A DNA stretch of 64,000 bases from contig OZ024750.1 in assembly GCA_964016885.1 (NCBI GenBank), positions 20,708,001 to 20,772,000 of the forward strand. Direction: 5' to 3'. Source of the stretch: Eledone cirrhosa (Eukaryota). Position numbers and translations under genes: made by a program. Shown piece by piece: positions 58,511 through 64,000 of this stretch. The notes under the pieces were generated by a model, which saw nothing but the letters and a program-made list of their open reading frames with translations, had not been told where the DNA came from and searched no databases. Within the stretch, counting starts at the first letter, position 1. Each line of letters begins with the position of its first letter.

Positions 58511-60639
58511 ATTATATCTTTGTGTACATTATTATAAATTTACTTCAGTATATCATTTTCTGTTAAGGCTACAAGTATTGTCCCCACCCTCTTAAAATTC
58601 AAATTAGGGAAAGTTTAATTATTAATATTTGGCTTTGATTTCAAGATAATTATTGACGCTTTGTATATACTGAAATTGAGTGTGATTGGTCAAATTACGT
58701 GTACTTTTCGGACAATAATTTTGCCACTATGCCTAATGTTAGGTATTGTTAGATATGCAAATTAATTATAATTTCATGGTGCCTCTACAAATAGTGAAAT
58801 GACTACATATTTGAAACTGCAATATTAGTTGATAATAGAAAAGTGTCAGTAGCTATTGCATACCAAGTCCGAACACGGAAAACCCTAACTACCACGGAAA
58901 ACCCTAACTCCATCTCTCTCGTCGTCCACATCTCTCTCACTATTATGAATAAATGGGGTTCGAGTTAATATGTATCTTCGAATACATTTATTGAATAACA
59001 GATTCTTAGTCACAGGCAAAATTCGAAACCGTTACCTTGTGACTGGTAGTGTTTCATGAAATATATTAGTTTGCGTCACAAAAGGAATATGTCACAATCG
59101 AGCAAAACACATTTCAAGATCTCTTCAACTGCAAAGGTAAAGAAACGTTTGATCAATTTTACATAAAATTACCAAAGATGTTTTCACATCAAAATTGCTA
59201 AATATTTTTTGAAGGTTTGTCCACCTTTAAATTCTCGTCAATTCTAAATTAGACTCATAATTCTATGAACTCCGAGGGCAGTCTAAGGAGCTATGCAACA
59301 TGGCTTGTTTTAATTAATATGTTGTGCATAAACAGTTGCTCTATTGCAGAAATATATATTTCTGTTCTGAATCAGGTTGTGTTGCTGTTCGTGATAACTT
59401 TATCTAGTATATATATGTTTTAAAGTCTTAAAATACTGTTAATCTTTATTAGTTTAAGTTTTTTTATCAGCTCATGTTTAATACCATGTTATGGCTGTGT
59501 TACACTTCTTCAACATACAGAAATGTTTGCATATATGTACACTGAACAAATTTTAGAAAGTATTTTTAAGAGTTGGCGGTGGGAAAATACTTGCAGTAGT
59601 TAGACTATGGAGGTCTACGTATGACTTCTGGGAAAATTACTGGTAGACTGGGAATGTTTAGTTCAGATTCGAAATGTGTTGGTGGTATTGAATTTCAAAT
59701 ATTCAAATATGTCCTGAGTACATACATGGGTGAAGAAATGATTATCATCTATGTAGATCGCATTCTCACGTTTTTGGTTAAAAAATACCCCTGGCTACAT
59801 TATTCAATGCGCCTTTCTTTCTAAAGACTTTTTTGAGGGAGGTTAGTCTATTATTTCTAGTATGGTTATTGGCATAATTGACATATTATATTTTTTAGAA
59901 ATTATGTTTCTCTCAACTGAAAAGTATTTATATTTGCTGAGTATTTTGTGTGAATTTTTGTTGTCAATAAACGTTGGTAGATTCTACGTGTTCAGCTAGC
60001 TGTATATGTAGCAACGACCTAGTACCAACACAGTTGAATTGATCACTCGGCATTTCAGAATGCGATTAACCCATTTATTTCAGACACACATTACAGGAGG
60101 TTGACACCGAATTCTTTGCAAATCAAAAGATAAATGTTTTAGGGTAGATTATAATGTTTTCTGTAGCGTTGGTTACTTTTAAAGCTACATCATATGTCGA
60201 TGGCAAGATTGGATTTTCAATCTCAATAAATGTCACTTATTTTCGTGTCTCTCTCGCAGTTTTATTGTTTGTGTGTAATCGATTAGTAAACTTTGTTCTT
60301 CATCATCTAGTAGGTAGTTATCTTACGACGACGTTATTTGAAAGTTATACACCCGATGATCGATGCCTGCTATTTTGACAGATCTTTCAGGTTTGTGTCA
60401 TTACCGTGTGCTGAGATAATTTCGAGAGAGTTTAGTGAGTTAATCTTTTCCTTGATTACTTTAAAACTTAATTCGTGTTATTGAAGATTCGCCGTCGGTT
60501 TCAGCGACGAGTATTTCTATTGTTGGATGAATTGAAAGTCCGACTTGCAAATTAACATAAAGAGTTAAGAGTTCCACATGAACTTTTAGACTTCACAGAA
60601 TTCTCAGACAGAATTAGATTGAAACAATTAACTATACAA

Positions 60640-60785
60640 TACATCCAACGGGCTTCCACACGGTTTCCGTCTATTTAAATTCAATCAAAAATTGTTAGTC
60701 ACACCGGAAATACCTTTAAAGACACTTGTCCAACGTGGGATCGAACTGTGACTCGATGATTCAGGACCAAAATATTCAACAAAAC
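60640..60785 (-). mobile_element. Older second tRNA-derived SINE family, degraded (relics also ~1655-1735, ~3580-3720, ~17740-17825, ~24240-24325)
   Basis: GGCTTCCACACGGTTTCCGTCTA...AAGACACTTGTCCAA.GTGGGATCGAAC; the minus strand has B-box GTTCGATCCC followed by TTGGACAAGTGTC. Confidence 0.55.
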
Positions 60786-61604
60786 ATAAAATTTAAACGA
60801 TGAAAATATGATAAATTTGTATTTAATCTTTTGAAGTCAAATGGAATGAATACAGTATAAGACAATGTAACTCGTGGCATTAGTCCTTTCTCTGTCCTAA
60901 GATAAAATGCTTCTGTGGCCCTAGATAGGTTTTAGATACAATCCGTTTCCATATTTAACACAAACTGGCTCTTGGGTGAGTTTTTGCGAAATTATCTCTT
61001 GTTCAAGCATTTGGGACAGGTTTCAGGTGTTCGGATACATCTATACACTATTCTAGTCTCGAAGATACTAGTCGCAATACGTGTCACGTTCTAATTCCAA
61101 TCACACCGCGATTCAGCTTGGGGGTTATGCTTAATCTATTAACGAGGCTAGTACCCAAATCCACCTGGCCCTTGAAGAGTCCATCTAGTTACATGAATTT
61201 GGAACAGTCTTCGAAAAGAAAGATACCATAAATTCTACCTATATTCCCCCCTCCTGTCTCGAAATCCCTAAAGATAGTCATTGTCACTACACTTCACTTA
61301 GATAATGATTTTTAATTAAGGCGCAAAGGGTAAAGTAAATCGATCACAGACCCAGCACGGGACTAGTTATTTATCGACCCCGGGTAGGTGACTGGCAAAT
61401 TTGACTATTTTGTGCGACTATCTCCACATTCTGCCGGTCGATCACCGTTTATTTCCGAAAAAATGTTGTAAAAATTCGAAACGACCATGTAGGAGTCTCT
61501 TCTTTGAGAGTCGAAGCAACACATGTTGTACTCGCCGCAGCGATAGCAACACGAGATACAGTGATAACTCCCTCAGTGTAAAAATTGCAACTGAGTAGCA
61601 AAAG

Positions 61605-62194
61605 AGCAGTAGTTATAGTCACTATCAGAAGAAAAGCAGCAGTAGTGGAAAAGGCTGTAGTATTACTAACAGAAAATGTAGCTGATAATGTTCCAAAGAT
61701 TAACATTTTAACTGCGATATTTTAATATGGTGAAGCAAAAGAACAGTTCATTAACTCCACATAGCATCGAAGGGGTAAGATCAAGACACACAGGTGCCGT
61801 GCACATTTAAAGCCTGGTGGAGTCCTTCTTTATCCAGGCGAGAACATACCCGATATTCCTCTCCCTCATTCACTTTCTTTCTCGCTCTCACCATACACAC
61901 ATTCACACAACGTACACACAGAAAGAATCAACCAACGTATCTGACTGGTAGTTTATTCATCGATCTCGAAAGGATGAAAGCAATGACTACGTAAAGTTTT
62001 CTTCATTGAAAAGAGAATCAATTTGTTTTCTTTGCAGCCTCAACGGCAGCAGTAGTTATAGTGGTATCAGAGAAAAAAACAATGTGAGCAGCACCAATAG
62101 CAACCGTAGATGCAGTAGTATTAGGAACTGAACAAGTAGCTGAGAACGTTCCAAAGATTAAACTTTTCTCAGATCTTTCAATATGGTAAACGCA
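61605..62194 (+). repeat. Diverged ~135-145 bp direct repeat pair (61605-61737, 62048-62194)
   Basis: AGCAGTAGTTATAGT...TGTAG/CAGTAG TATTA...GTAGCTGA.AA.GTTCCAAAGATTAA...AATATGGT in both. Confidence 0.7.
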
Positions 62195-62603
62195 TAATTG
62201 TAGAACTAAAAAGAAAAACGGAGATGTAGAAACAAAACAAATCGAAGAAAATTATACGTGAAGAAAAATGCGTATGTATTTACACACACGCATATACATA
62301 CATATGTGTGTGTGTGTGTGTGTTTGTGTATGCCTGTAAGTTTGGATGCGCACATCTCTCTCTCTCTCTCTTTCCCTCTCTCCCTCTCTCTCCCTCTCTC
62401 TCTCTCTGTATATGTATGAATGTGTATTAATGCGTATGTATATATATATATATGAACGTATATACATACGTTCGTATGCTTATATATAGGGATATATGTG
62501 AATATGATTGTATATAATTGTGTGTCTGCGTGTGAGTGTATAGATGTGAATACATGCATATGCATATGTGTTTGCATATATATACACACATATATATATA
62601 TAT

Positions 62604-62711
62604 ATAACGAAGGAAATGTGGTAAGGAACCAGGTGGCCCATAACGCACCAAAGTACACAAATCTTAGGGTAGTAGAGTGGGTAATAGGAACGAGTAGCAC
62701 CCCTACTCGTT

Positions 62712-62716
<5 letters not shown>
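62604..62716 (-). mobile_element. Family B element: tail plus very short fold-back
   Basis: Reverse complement of the family B tail, then an ATAGGAACGAGTAG cacc CTACTCGTTCCTAT hairpin, then (AT)n. Confidence 0.8.
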
Positions 62717-62756
<40 letters not shown>

Positions 62757-62919
62757 ATATTCAGACAGAGGCAGAATGGGAAATATCGAGAGAGCGAGAA
62801 GTCAAATAATGTCGATTAGCGACTATATGTAGATAGTAACATTCAAACTCTAGTAGTATGATGCTGCTGATGTTTCTGCTACTGCTGTTGCTGCTGCTGC
62901 TACTACCACTAATGATAAT

Positions 62920-63700
62920 AATTGTTTCCACTTTTGGCACAAGGCCAGCAATTATCCCAGTGTATTACTGGTACTTTATTTTAACGACCCCCATAAGGAT
63001 GAAAGGCAATGTTATCCTTGGCGGGATTTGAACTCAGACCATAAAGGGCCGTAACTCTTTGCTACTAATGATAACAATAATGGTTTCTTATATAGGCACA
63101 AGGCCAGCAATTTTGGGAGAGGCGAAAGTCGATTAAATCGACCCCAGTGCCTTAATGCTGCTTTATTTTATCGACCCCATAAGGATGAAAGGTAAAGTTA
63201 ACCACTGCAGGATTTGAACTCGGATCATAAAGTGCCGTAACTCTATGCTGCAAAGCATGGTGTCCGACGCTTGATTTCTTATATAGGCACGTGGCCAGCA
63301 ATTTTGGGGAAAGGGAAAGACGATTATATCGTTCCAGTGAATTACTGGTACTTTATTTTATTGACCCCGTAAGCATGAAAGGCAAAGTTAACCTCGGTGG
63401 TATTCGAAATCCAAACGTAAAGTGCCATAAATCTCTGTCACGAAGCATGTTATCCGACGCTCTACCGATACTGCCAATTCATCGCCCTACTATTACTACT
63501 AATTATTATTAGGTGGATTGGCAGCATCGGTAGAAAGTCGGACACCATGCTTTGTATCATGGGTTCCGGTCCTTTATGATCTGAGTTCAAATCCCACCAA
63601 GGTTAACCTTGCCTTTCATCCTTACGGGGTCGATAAAATAAAGTATCAGTAATACACTGAAATAATTGCTGGGTTTGGGCCAAAAGTAGAAACAATTATT
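62920..63700. mobile_element. Cluster of four SINE copies: three on - (62920-63065, 63080-63270, 63275-63488) and one on + (63512-63700)
   Basis: Each has the ggcacaaggccagcaatt / gacccc.taag.atgaaagg consensus; the last copy is head-to-head with the third. Confidence 0.9.
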
Positions 63701-64000
63701 TCTTTACTGGCTACTAAAAACAAGAATAGTGACTATTAACATTATACGTGTTAAAAAAGATAACTGATACAACAAAGAATTAACAATAACATTTCCCAAT
63801 GGAAGATATATTCAGGAGTAGCTTAGGAAACATACATATCTTGAACCAATTTAATCTCCAACAGCATCATCGGATGAAACTCCTCACCACTTTAAACTCT
63901 CCAGCCAACAAGTGGTTGGTGTAGACCCATTTACTATGACCTTCCTCTCTATATTCACCCATCTTTTAACAGATGTACTGGAGGCAGCACTTTTCATCCA

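Overview
Eukaryotic, very AT-rich, repeat-saturated non-coding DNA. The SINE families and the density of (TA)n/(CA)n/(GA)n microsatellites suggest an octopus/cephalopod genome; this is an inference. I find no supportable host protein-coding gene, and nearly all ORFs in the track are microsatellite artefacts ([12 protein letters not shown]). The window holds >15 copies of one tRNA-derived SINE (three with clear 16-19 bp TSDs), degraded RTE, CRE-like and L1/Tx1-like LINE fragments, a Helitron 3' end, a probable DNA-transposase remnant, and a minisatellite with higher-order structure. The most notable signal is at least six sequence families of short (about 100-730 bp) elements inserted in (TA)n tracts. 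They carry type I hammerhead-ribozyme motifs (stem I-CTGAnGA-stem II-GAAA-palindromic stem III-TH-stem I), are often fold-back inverted repeats with a tail on only one arm, and share an unexplained ATYGAGTRC motif about 35-60 nt from the 3' end. This fits 5'-truncated/inverted Penelope-like retroelement pLTRs or non-autonomous derivatives. All folds were read by eye; none were computed or tested.
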